Assembly: GCF_004010195.1 (NCBI RefSeq)
Contig: NC_057719.1
Coordinates: forward strand, 82,391,953-82,455,952
Length of the DNA: 64,000 nt
Direction of reading: 5' to 3'
Source: Chiloscyllium plagiosum
Lineage: Eukaryota
Part shown: in pieces, positions 25,393 to 37,176 of the stretch
How positions within the stretch are numbered: position 1 is the stretch's first letter
How the letters are laid out: every line of letters starts with the position of its first letter
Notes under the pieces: generated by a model
Seen by the model: the letters and a program-made list of their open reading frames with translations, nothing else
Told to the model about the DNA's origin: nothing
Databases searched by the model: none
Made by a program: the position numbers and the translations under genes

Positions 25393-25688
25393 GTAGAAAA
25401 ATTGGAAAGCAAAGACAAACTGCAATCATTTGGAACAGAGCTTGCAAAACTATTTCAAGATCTTGGGAAGCCACTTCTTCACATTGAGAACCAATGTGAA
25501 GCTTAGCACTTCACATTGAGAACCAATGCCGAACCAGTGTTTGTTCAGCCCAGGGAAAGTTCCCCAGCCGCTTTGCATAGAGTAAAGCAAGAAGTTGAAT
25601 CAATGCTACATCAAGGGGTTATCTGTAGCAAAGTCTACAAGGTGGGATTCTGAAAAGGTTCCGGTACCAATACAAACAGGTCACTGTG

Positions 25689-27969
25689 GAGAAAGTGAGG
25701 ACTGCAGATGCTGGAGATCAGACTCAAAACATGTGGCGCTGGGAAAGCACAGCCGGTCAGGCAGCATCCGAGCAGCGGGAGAGTCAATGTTTCGGACATA
25801 AGCCCTTCATCAGGAATGTTGAGGGGGGGTAGCCCCAAGGGGGCTGTGTGATAAATAGGAGGGGGGTGGGACTGAGGGGGAGGTAGCTAGGAATGTGATA
25901 GATGGATGAACATGGGGGGTAATGGTGATAGGTTGGAGCAGAGGGTGGAGCGGATAGGTGGGAAGGAAGATGAACAGGTAGGACAGGTCATGAAAGCGGT
26001 GCTGAGTTGGAGGGTTGGGTCTGGGATAAGGTGGGGGGAGGGGAGATGAGGAAACTAGTGGAATCGACAGAGGCTTTCAGCATCTGCAGTCCTCACTGTC
26101 TCCTAGTTGACTATAACCTTACTGCAAAGCCTCTTCCAAGGATGCCCACCTTGAAGGAATTCTCCCCTTCCCTCCACAAGGATCAGCACCCCCACCCCAC
26201 ATTTCTGATGAAGGCCTTATGTCTGAAACGTCGACTCTCCTGTATCTTAGCTGCTGCCTGACCTGCTGTGCTTTTGCAGCGCCACACTTTTTGACTCTGA
26301 TCTTCAGCATCTTCAGTCCACACTTTCTCCCACTTGATTATCACCTTACTTGAAAGCCTCTTCCAAGGATGCCCTATTTGAAGAAGTTGTCCTCCCTTCA
26401 CAAGGATCTTCTGTAGTTACACTTGCACCATTCCCCATCTTTTCTTCCGGTACATCAATGACTGTATTGGTGCCTCCTCGTGCTCCCATGAGGAGGTTGA
26501 ACAGTTCATCAACTTCATGAACACCTTCCACCCTGACCTCAAGTTCACCTGAACTATCTCGGACACCTCCCTTCCCTTCCTGGACCTCTCCATCTCCATT
26601 TCCGGTGATGACTCAATATGGACATCTACTTTAAACCCACAACTCCCACAGCTACCTGGATTACACCTCCTCCCACCCACTCTCCTGCGGGTTTTGAGAA
26701 GACTTGTAGCTCAGGTTGAGGTTCTGGATGTAGGTTTGCTCACTGAGCTGGAAGGTTTGTTTTCAGACATTTCGTCACCATACTAGGTAACATCATCAGT
26801 GAGCCTCCGGTGAAGCACTGGTGGTGTGCCCCGCTTTTTATTTACTTGTTTAGGTTTCCTTGGGTTGGTGACATCATTTCCTGTGGTGGTGTCATTTCCC
26901 TTTCTCCCAATTCCTTCAACTCCACTGCATTTGCGCCCAAGAGGAGCAATTCCACTTCAGAAAATCCTAGATGGCCTTCTACTTCAAGGACCACAATCTT
27001 CCCTCTCACATGTTCAACAATGCCCTCCAGCGTATCTCCTTCACTTCCCAATCCTCCGCCCTTGAACCCTACCCCTTCCAAAGCAACAAAGATAGAACTC
27101 CCCTTGACCTCACCTTCCACCCCACCAATCTCTGGATGCAATATATCTCTGCCATTTCAGCTACCTACAGACAGACCTCACCACCAGAGATATATTTCTC
27201 TTCCCACACCTTTCATCACTTCACAGAGACCATTCCCTCCATGACTCCCTTGTTAGGTCCACGCACCCCGCCCCCCCCCCCACCCCACCCCACCAACCCA
27301 CCCTCCACTCCCAGTGCCTTTCCAACCTCTCACCCTCGGAACGTGCAGCCCTCCACTCCCGGCATCTTCCCTTGCCACCTCAAGAGGTGCAAAACCTGTG
27401 CCCATGCCTCCCCCCTCACCTGCATTCTAGGCCTCAAAGGCTCCTTCCACACACAGCAGAGATACTCTTGTATATCTAAAAACCATACCTACTGTGCCTG
27501 TTGCTCTCGATGTGGTCTCCTCTATGTTGGGGAGACAGGATGCTAACTTGCAGAACGTTTCAGAGAACACCTCCAGGACATATGCACTAAACAACCCCAT
27601 CGTCTCATTCCACTCCGCCAAGGACATGCAAGTCCTGGGTCTCCTCCACCAACAAATTCTAGCCACCCGACAACTGGAGGAAGGACACCTCATCTTCCAC
27701 CCTGGGACCCTCAAACTACATGGAATCAATGTCGATTTCACCAGTTTCCTCATCTCTCCTCTACTATCCCCCCCCTCACCTTATCCCAGATCCAACCTTC
27801 CAACTCGGCACCACACTCTTAACCTGTCCCACCTGTCCATCTTCCTTCCCACCCATCTGCTCCACCCTCCTCTCTTACNNNNNNNNNNNNNNNNNNNNNN
27901 NAAACGTTGACTCTCCTGCTCCTCGGATGCTGTCTGACCTGCTGTGCTTTACCAGCACCACACGTGTTG
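25689..27969. mobile_element. Compound PLE family A insertion (inverted + tandem terminal repeats, RT/GIY-YIG remnants) with a nested family C terminal repeat (~26690-26900)
   Basis: 15-bp TSD aaacaggtcactgtg at 25674-25688 and 27970-27984; ORF 26971-27546 CHLKRCKTC...LYVGETG. Confidence 0.9.
26763..26802 (-). ncRNA. Minimal hammerhead ribozyme motif (PLE family C)
   Basis: Minus strand reads tca-CTGATGA-tGTTACC-tagtat-GGTGAC-GAAATGTC-tga. Confidence 0.7.
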
Positions 27970-28651
27970 AAACAGGTCACTGTGCTGATCTTACACTGTT
28001 AAACAAAGCTATGGAGAGGAAGATTCAATTTGAGAGCATCTGTGGATGATCACCTGACAAAGCTAGTGAACAGCTGAATTTTCATTGAGCTAGATGCAAA
28101 CTATGGCTTTTGGCAACTCCCTTTGGGTGATAAATCCAAACTGCTGGCAACATTCGTCACACTGTTTGGGAGACACTGGTGGAATCTTCCCACACTATGG
28201 GGCTGATGAACATGAGCAACACTGAGAAAGTTGAGGAATTTAGGGGACACTGACAGAAATGAGATTCTCGATGTTGAGAGCAAACGGTCCCATTCTCCAA
28301 TCTCGTGTTGAACAGCCTCATCATACCCTCATAATGTTGTACTTTGGGGTGCATTGGCATTTACCACTGAAATGCTGCTGCAAGGAGCCCTTGCATCTAT
28401 AGTCAACCACCCAGCTCATAAATTTGACTAGGCTACAGTTCAGAGCTCCTCACTTGCTCTCTTATCACTCACTCACTTTGCACCTACATGCATATAATAT
28501 CTTGACTTGCCCTTTTGTGCTTTTCCTCCTCAGCCAGTCATTCAAAGCTCACAGCACTTGAGTTTTACCTTGCCTTTCAGTGCAGAAATAAATCCAGGCA
28601 GCTGATCATGGTTGCCAGCGATCAAGTGGATGGACATAATGCTATACAAAA

Positions 28652-28766
28652 ATGATTTGGAGATGCCAATGCTGGACAAAGTTAAAAATCACACAACACT
28701 AGGTTATAGTCCAACAGGTTTAATTGGAAGCACTAGCTTTCGGAGCGGCGCTCCTTCATCAGGTGG
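28652..28766 (-). mobile_element. Solo PLE family B terminal repeat with intact HHR (28731-28765)
   Basis: Minus strand reads cac-CTGATGA-aGGAGC-gcc-GCTCC-GAAAGCTA-gtg. Confidence 0.85.
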
Positions 28767-29061
28767 CTAGTGTTCCTATAAAGTGCATTTATTAAATGCA
28801 ATTTGTGAATTGCAGACCTTTCTTTTAATAAAGCAAACTCCCGTTTGCTGCTACATGATTCCATCGTCGGCACAAGCTGCACAACAAAACCCAGCCTCAG
28901 GATCCTCTGTCTGCAAAATGCAAATTCAGTGTGTTCAGCTAAAACAGGTAAGCAATCAGATCTGCAAGCCTTGAAACTGAGCTTGAAACTGGGAATTGTA
29001 GTGTATGTTTAGAAGGAACTTTATGTCAAACCGGGGGAAGAGTCTTGACGAGGACTGGCCT

Positions 29062-29388
29062 TTGGAGCAATTTAGCTTGGCCAATCCACCTAAACTGCAC
29101 ACTATGGGGCAATTTAGCACAGCCAATCCACCTAAACTGTACACTATGGGACAATTTAGCACGGCCAATCCACCTAAACTGCACACTATGGGGCAATTTA
29201 GCACGGCCAATCCACCTAAACTATCAACATTTGGACTGTGGGAGGAAACCGGAGTACCCAGAGGAAACCCACACAGATATGTGGAGAATGCACAATGCCA
29301 CATAGATAGTAAGCCAAGGCTGAAATAGAACCCGGGTCCCGGGTATTGTTAGGCAGCAGTGCTAACCACTGAGCCACCGTGCTGCCCA
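29062..29388 (-). mobile_element. HE1-type SINE with an internal 42-bp tandem expansion
   Basis: Units start at 29067, 29109, 29151, 29193; tRNA-like head at 29350-29388. Confidence 0.88.
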
Positions 29389-29764
29389 GTCAGACCAGGG
29401 GAGATAGCCTTCAGTCAGGGCGAGCTAGCACAGTAGGTCAAGGAATTATCCACAGGCTTGGCCATGGTCAGCAATTGCTTGGGGTGTTCAGGAATCTATA
29501 TCGTTACAGTCTGGGGAGTGGGCCATGGAGTCAGTCCTGCAGCTTCAGTGCAAGCAGGCTAGACAGTCATATATGTAATGGTGGGGAACTGCACAGAGAT
29601 CTATTCAAGCTCTGGTCGCTTATCAGTCAGTGCTTTCCATACACATCTGCTGAGGAGGCGAGCTATGTTCAGTCCTGGGGATCAGCTCAATTAAAGTCAA
29701 GGGAGTTGTCTGGAACCAGTGCTGTGGTGGGGAAGTGGAGAACTAATTTGTGGGGATTGGAGGC

Positions 29765-29914
29765 AACAAATACATTTTTGGAACTGTGAAGCAGATTTAC
29801 CCTTTCAGTCAAATAAGTTTTAATTGTCTCTCAGAGCCACTTGCTAACCTTCGGATAGTGGAAGAAAAGATGAAGCCTCACGTTTCGCAAGGGGAAAAGT
29901 AGATTAGATGTTTG
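29765..29914. repeat. Inverted copy of 31176-31325 (150 bp)
   Basis: Reverse-complement alignment, colinear with scattered substitutions. Confidence 0.9.
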
Positions 29915-29949
29915 TTAGTGTTTTCTCCTGAATTTCTGAACCAATTTCC

Positions 29950-30140
29950 TGAACCTTTTCTGAATCCCACCTTGTAGACTTTGCTACAGATAACTCCTTG
30001 ATGTAACATTGATTCAACTTCTTGCTTTACTCTGTGCAAAGTGAATGGGGAACTTTCTCTGGGCTGTATAAACACTGGTTTGGTACTGGTTCTCAGTCTG
30101 ATGTGATAAGCTGTTTTTGGCTTCCCAAGACCTCTAAATG
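29950..30140 (-). repeat. Inverted copy of the Gypsy RT start at ~25450-25662
   Basis: ORF 29878-30270 contains LHRVKQEVESMLHQGVICSKVYK, the same peptide as the plus copy. Confidence 0.88.
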
Positions 30141-31651
30141 GTTTTGGGATGCAAAGGAGACAATAACTGGCAAGGGGGCAATTCAACATAGATGGGGAGG
30201 AAATTGGGGGATTGGATTGAAGGAAATGGAGGGTTCCTGTGGGAAGGGAGTCATTGACAGTCACAACCATCCTGGCTTCAATAGTGGAGGAAGGCAGTGC
30301 AGAGTGATGGTTGGCATCGCTAGACTGTAGACTACACAGGGTAATTGTGGAATTGAAAAGGTCTCTTTTAAATAAGGTTCTATGGTGGGATGAGCCTAAG
30401 GATGGTTAACCTGAGTAGCTTGGTTTTTAAATAACAATGCATTTGCGAATGTACACTTGTATTTGTAATGAAATGTTGGCCATACCGCCCTCGTTCCCTA
30501 AGAATCTTCCCTTCTGGCTCCCCTTCCACTGTTTGTACGGTGAAGGGCAGTTCCTGGCTGACAGTGTTTGACTGGGTGTGTAGTTGGGCTTTTGATATGG
30601 TGCCAGGAATCCCAGGAGGTCCAAGCAATGGCAGATACGTTCACGTTTAGCGAGAGGGAAGGTAGTAAATTTGAGCTGGGGGTGGGGGTGGGGCAGGGTT
30701 TGCATGAGGTGAATTTCGAAATTAATGTAAGAAATCTGGCCAGGGCTCAAAGAAAGAAACACTCTGTGAAACTTGCCGAAATTGACACTTAGCCAACTTC
30801 TGGTAAACATGTATCCGTTGGCTACCCTTTCAGAGGATAACGTCAAATATCCTAGAAGGATCAAAGTGAATAGTCATGGATGACATCCTAATCCATGGTT
30901 TCTCAACAACAGATCATGACACCAGAGTGAAAGCACAAGACTGAATTAGGGGAAAAAAATCTGGATGTGTTAACTTCAAACCCCCTAAACAACTAGACTA
31001 GCTCAAATGTTCAACTTATTTGAACACTATTCCAGGAGACTACATTGGCCACATTTTATATAGTGCATCGCTTCATATTTCATCCACCTTAATAAATGTG
31101 CCCTTCACCACAAGGCAGTAACTTAATTAAACCTTATTCAGAAGGTTTGCAGAGAGTCAGCACTTGTCACACTTCCAAACATCTAATCTAGTTTTCCCCT
31201 TGCAAAACTTGAGACTTCCTCTTTTATTCCACTATCCAAAGGTTAGCGAGTAAATCTGAGAGATAATTATAGCTTATTTGACTGAAAGGGTAAATCTGCT
31301 TTCCAGTTCCAAAAATGTATTTGTTCAGGTCTTGGTAGCCAAGCAACACCAGAACCCTGAACTGTAAATCAATCTTGCTCACTCGGTGCAGCGAGGCACT
31401 AGACTTCATAATTCAAAGCAATCAGCCACCTTTTCTATTGATTATTTCATGGTTTCGAACACTGCCAATTATCTAGTTTCTTTCTCTACTCTCTTGCTTC
31501 AAACCCTCTTACTCTAAGAGCGGTGCATCAAACGATATATCTTATTTGGAAGTATGTTTCCTGAGTGCTCAGTCAGAGATTCTACACTTTCAACACAGTT
31601 AAACGGAATTCTAATTCTGCAAACTCTCTGAAGAAGGTTTAACTAAATGAC

Positions 31652-31780
31652 TAGGAGAAAGTAAGGACTGCAGATGCTGGAGATCAGAGCTGAAAAATGT
31701 GTTGCCGGAAAAGCACAGCAGATCAGGCAGCATCCAAGGAGCAGGAGAATCGACATTTCAGGCATAAACCCTTCTTCAGC
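31652..31780 (-). mobile_element. Mini-PLE family A
   Basis: Terminal repeat only, degenerate HHR at ~31752-31779. Confidence 0.8.
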
Positions 31781-32905
31781 CGGATCTAATAAGGGTGGAT
31801 TAAATATGAGGTAATACACTGTATAAAGTATGGGCAATTTAGTCTCCAAAAGGTGTTCAAATAAGCTAACTTTCAAGTTAAACTAGTTGTTTAGTGAGTT
31901 TGAAGTGAACACTTCCAGATTTTCTCCCCCAATTCAATCTTGCGCATTTACGTGACATCATTAGGTTTGCAGAAAGAGGCTATTTGGCCCAGCATGCCTG
32001 CACCAGCTCTATTATGGAGTCTGTCTCTATTGTCCAGGGTCAATTTTGTGCCTTTTCCCCATATTACCAATCAAAAAACAACCAAAGTCCTCTTGAATGC
32101 CTCAATTGAAACTGCCCCCATCACATTTTCAGGTCATACGTTCCATACTCTGTACGGAAATGTTTTTTTCTTTCATGTCACCCTTGCTTCATTTGCACAT
32201 CAAACAGGACGGCTCCTTTTTTAAATTCATAAACCCAGGCCTTTCTTTTACTCAATAGAGTAGAATTTGAATATTGAGCTCAAATATTTTGAATGGAATG
32301 TACTATAGTTAATTTATTGGAACTGTTGTTTAATTTCTGATTTGGCCTTATCTGCACTCCCTTTAGTCCAAGGTACACAGGCACAAATGGTAATGGTTTG
32401 CAACTGGCTTTGTCATTTATCACTTGATCTGGATTTGACTGGACCACACAAAACATTCACAAAAGGTTTTTCTAGTGCAATGGTAGTGCCCCTACCTTTG
32501 AGCCAGAAAGGTGAGGTTTAAGTTCCCACCTGCCCCAGAGGTGTGCTGTAACAGGTTGGTTAAAAATATCTAAAACACTTCCAATCATCCTGGAAACCAA
32601 ACATAACCCTTGGCCTCTTTTCTCTGCTGCAATCTTCCTATTTTAAAGCTGTCTCCTTCACTCTTGCCACTGTCATTAAGATTCAGACCATCTGATTAAC
32701 TGTCTCTGTCATTTCCCTCCTTTCATCCAGTGCACTGCATTAAATGCTGCTTCATCTTCTTTCTCTAAGCTAATCTTGCTCGTGAGCCCCACCTCTGCTT
32801 TCTCAAGCCAGTGTCCACTAAAATGCTGACCACCTCACTTCATCCTGCTTTCCAATGCATTAACAGTTCTCTCTCCTTAAGACCTTTCCCACTTGCCTTC
32901 AATTT

Positions 32906-33552
32906 TGTTACGGCATGGGATAAACTCCTCCCACCCCCGCTAATTTAAACCTGCAACACAGAAATGATTTAACCCGTGCTGTAATTTGTTAAAATTCAAG
33001 AACTATCCCATTTTGGTCACTATTTATTTGTACTTAAATGTCTAACAGAAGATAATTAACTAACAACTATTTACAATTCCTTTCTCTAATTTAACTTTTA
33101 CTTTCCCTTCTATAATACTGGTTCGATAAAACCCCAGATTAAGATTTACCAAAAAAATCAAATTTCAAAACCAGCCAGCTGTCGATTCTTCTCTTTGTAT
33201 CTTCCTCTGTCTTCTTTTCTTCTTCTTAGCGTTTCTATTTCACAGGTTATTGACAAATAAAGGTACCTTTAAGAGAGCTATTCTGCTGGTAGTCTGCATG
33301 TGTTGGTAGCTGTTCAATTTGTTTAATACTTATATCCCGAAGCATTGGATCATTTCATTGGTCTTACTATTGTCAAAATATCAAATTCAAACTTCAAAGA
33401 TTGGAATTTGGTATTTTGGGGCATAATTTAAACTGATTGGCTGAATTTGAATTTGTTTTGTCTCATAGCAATTCAGCCTATGCTAGCTGCTGGACCAAAT
33501 GTTACATTGTAAACTCTCTTAAAGGTAAAGTATCCCTCATACCTTCATAACA
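32906..33552 (-). repeat. 3' LTR
   Basis: tgttacgg...ttcataaca, homologous to 37177-38283; purine tract (minus aaggtgagaga) abuts at 33553-33563. Confidence 0.92.
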
Positions 33553-33720
33553 TCTCTCACCTTAAGAAAAAGTGAACCATCGTAATGAAAAGATGGCTTC
33601 ATTTATTTTTCTATTCTTAACCATAACATATACATTACCATAACATACAGATAACTTTAATCTAAGTTCACTTTTACTTCTTCCCATATATATATTTATA
33701 ACATTGGCTAAATACAAATC

Positions 33721-34050
33721 TCATCTAAACTTTATCAGATAAATCTGCGATAACGTATCTGCAAATACATTCTTATGATCCACAATACATACAATTTTTA
33801 AATTAAACGTCTGTAATGTAAGACTCCATTCAAATAGTCTCATATTCTTATCTTTAAAGTGATCTAAGAATGTAAGAGGACTGTTATCTGTGTATACAAC
33901 CATCTCTGATACATTGTTCGTGACATACACATTAAAATGTTGTAAGGCCAGTACCAAACTCAATAATTCTTTTTTGATCGTGGAGTATTTCCACTGGTGG
34001 ATGTTGAGCTTCTTCGAGAAGTAACCAACTGGTAGTTCAATCCCACCTGC
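33721..34050 (-). pseudogene. Gypsy RNase H domain
   Basis: PVGYFSKKL...YSTIKKELLSLVLALQHFNVY...VYTDNSPL...NVFADTLS. Confidence 0.9.
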
Positions 34051-34061
34051 TTCATTCTATA

Positions 34062-34907
34062 CTATGCTCTCTTCAGGTGCTGTTTAGTTAACTCACCCAT
34101 TCGATTTAATCTCTCCCTCACCTCCGATACATAATCTAAGTGTGTCATTTCTGACTTTGGTCCTGTCAATTTTTCTTTAATTAATTTTAAAGGGCCTCTC
34201 ACTTTATGCCTGAATATTAACATGAAGGGAGTGAACTGAATAGATTCATTTTGGGCATCTCTAATGGCAAACAATATGATTGGGGAACCTTTATCCCAAT
34301 CATTTGGGTAATCCTGACAGTATGCTCTCAACATGGTCTTCAAGATCTGATGCCATCTTTCTACCTTGACACTCTGTAATAGAATTGCCTCTGGAAATCT
34401 GGTAGACACATCCATTGTGTTAACAAGTACTGGTTCCCACTTTTAGTTCTCAGGAAGGGACCTACACAATCAGTTATAACCTACGTGAAGGGTTCTTCAA
34501 ATGCAGGAATTGGCCACAGGAATTGCCTGTGGCTTATCTACCATTTGGCATGTATGACATGTAAGGCAAAAGTTAACCACATCCTTGTGCATTCCAGGCT
34601 AATAAAAATATTTTTGTAGTTTAGTCTGAGTCTTTTGGACCCCTAAGTGACCTCCTACAGTTAGTTCATGTGCTACCTGTAACATTTCCCGTCTGTATGC
34701 TATCGGCAACACAATCTGGTGCACTTCAGCCCATTTCTCCTCTGCACTAACCTGCCGTGGTCTCCATTTCCTTCTTAGGATTTTACCTTTCAGATAATAA
34801 CCCTCTGGAATATTCTCTGCCCCCTTTTTAGGGTACGCATCCGCATATATATCTCGTATCGTCTTATTTTGCTGTTGCAAGTCTCTTAGCCTTTCTAGAC
34901 TAAACAC
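34062..34907 (-). pseudogene. Gypsy integrase (HHCC + partly deleted core)
   Basis: AHELTVGGHLG...CLTCHTCQ, DCVGP, MDVSTRFPEA, VERWHQILKTML. Confidence 0.9.
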
Positions 34908-35520
34908 TTCTGTCTGACTCTCTGCCTGTTCAGGTTTTTCCTGTACAATTACATCAAACAGGATATCCGCTAACTGAACCTCAACTCCTTCACCTTCATG
35001 CTGTGACTTAGGATAGTGGGATCTGGTTACTACGCATTCTGGGAAAATACCAGGATATTTCTGTTTTAACTCCTCAGTTTATAGGTTTTCCTTGGGCTTC
35101 TCCACAACAAGGGGTGTCACTTCTACCTTGGATCCTGCCAAAGCATTCCCAAGAACAAGCTGAATTCCTGGAACTGACACTTTGTCAATCACTCCCACTG
35201 TAACTTCCCCAGTCTTGAATTAGCATTCCAAACATGATCTTACACAGGGGAACGCTAAATTTCTACCTCACAAATTACTACACTCTCTTGGGTAGCAGAT
35301 CAGAAAGAGAGCGTATTTCCTCATCCCTTACTGTCAGCGACTGATTAGATCTTTTTTCTCACAAAATTATAACTTCTTGTCCTTCTCCCCCACAGAGGCG
35401 AATTATTTGTAGAGATCAGGTACTAAGTCCATACCCAGACCCTGTCTAGGCTGTGTGCTCTCCTGCAGCTCCTCGGCTCTTCTTGGGGTCTCCTTTACTA
35501 CCTTCACTAATGCCACTGAC

Positions 35521-37002
35521 TTAGCTTCTTTTACCACATCTTTTCCCAACAATGCCTTTCTTTAACGACCAGCACTGTGACTTTACGTGTCCCTCTTTAC
35601 CACAGTGGAAACACCTGAGGCCTTTCATCTCCTTCCCACCCTCTTGAGCTTCTTTTTTATCCTGTGGCAAATACTTACCACTGTTCTCTACTCTTAGTTT
35701 CATAGTATAGGATCTCCCCTTCTCTCAACCCCTATCCCTCACAGGACGAAAATCTGGCTGGTAGCTTGTCTTTTTCTTTAACGACCAGCACTGTGACTTT
35801 ACGTGTCCCTCTTTACCACAGTGGAAACACCTGAGGCCTTTCACCTCCTTCCCACCCTCTTGAGCTTCTTTTTTATCCTGTGGCAAATACTTACCACTGT
35901 TCTATACTCTTAGTTTCATAGTATAGGATCTCCCCTTCTCTCAACTCCTATCCCTCACAGGACGAAAATCTGGCTGGTAGCTTGTCTTATGCACCGTGTA
36001 TTTATCTGCTAATATTGCTACCCTTCTCACTTCCTGAACTTTCTGTTCCTCCATGTGAATTCTTGCCATCTCTGGAAGTGAGTTTTTTTAATTCCTCCAG
36101 GAGAATTATCTCTCATAGAGTCTCAAAGATCTTATCTATTTTTAAAGCATGCGTCCATCTATCAAAATGACTGTATTTAATTCTTTCGAACTCAACTTAA
36201 GTCTGATCTAGCTCCTTCCTTGTGTTTCTGAACAACTGTCTATACACTTATGGCACCAATTCATCAGCACCTAAAATAGCCTGTTTAACCTCTTATAATC
36301 TCTTGACCCCTCATCTGACAACGTTGCAAATACCTCACTAGGTCTGCCTACAGTTTAGTCTGAACTACCATTACCCTTAAATCCTCGGACCACTCCATAT
36401 GCCTAGCCAATTTTTCAAATGAAAAAAAGAAGGCTTCAACATCTTTCTTGTTAAAATGTGGCAGAGTTTTTTACATATTTGTATATATCACTACCTTCTC
36501 TTTTAATCTCCATCCTGTTAACTTGACGTTGCTGACTAAGTCGCAACTTTTCCAGTTCAAATTCTCTCTCTTTTTGCTCAGCTAAGCACCTTCTCTCTCT
36601 TTTCCCTCTCTCTTTCTCTCTCTTTCTTTCTCCCCTTCTTCTCTCTCCCCTTCTTCTCTCTCTCCCTTTCTTCTCTCTCTCTTTGCTCAGCCAATAGCCT
36701 TCTCTCTCTCTTTTTCCTTTCTCTCTCCTCTCTCTCTCCCTTTGTTTACCTTCTAACACCATTTTCCTCAATTGTAATTTAAGTTTTTCTACCTCTACTG
36801 CGCTTGTCTATTTCTCTGACACACCTAAGTGTTTGAGTAATTCCCTTACACTTTCAGCTTTACTTTTGTCCTTGGTTAAACCCAAATCTAACTTCTTTGC
36901 TAATTCTAAAAGTATGGCCTTTTTCTTTCCTCCTAAACTTCCTTGGCAAATTTGAGAATCATCTTTAAATCCCAGAACCTCTTTAGCAAATTTAAGGGCC
37001 AT
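35521..37002 (-). pseudogene. Gypsy gag: charged coiled coil, SCAN-like capsid C-terminal region, duplicated CCHC knuckle
   Basis: MALKFAKEVLGF start; YRQLFRN...EIILLEE..SLPE...ADKY (~35995-36250); CFHCGKEGHVKSQCW twice. Confidence 0.85.
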
Positions 37003-37154
37003 TTCTCTCTTTTAATTTAATAAACCACAAGTCACCAAAATTAAGCAAATTGTCTCACCCAAGTTTTATTTAAAGATCTAGAACACTAACCTGCAAGTGT
37101 TTAAATCTGCTGTGATTTTTCAAATCTATTCAAATCTGTCTAAACCAGTTCAAA

Positions 37155-37173
37155 TCTCAGATGAAAGCCCCCA
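37155..37173 (-). other. Primer-binding site, tRNA-Pro type (degenerate)
   Basis: Minus strand tgggggctttcatctgagat, 3 nt from the 5' LTR; resembles TGGGGGCTCGTCCGGGAT. Confidence 0.75.
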
Positions 37174-37176
37174 AAC

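Larger units (their letters stand above)
25010..28180 (+). mobile_element. Gypsy pol relic (protease end + RT N-terminus) split by HE1 and a compound PLE
   Basis: KVNGQLTATLQNKGRQITEMLY (25050-25120); LHRVKQEVESMLHQGVI (25570-25625); ADLTLLNKA...LDANYGFWQLPL (27985-28130). Confidence 0.85.

Noticed and set aside
28956..29328. ORFs with 14-aa repeats; CRISPR-like periodicity
   Set aside because: 42-bp tandem expansion within a SINE, with no unique spacers, in a eukaryotic context
36451..36771. E/R/K-rich ORF as a host coiled-coil protein
   Set aside because: GA-rich low-complexity part of the LTR element gag
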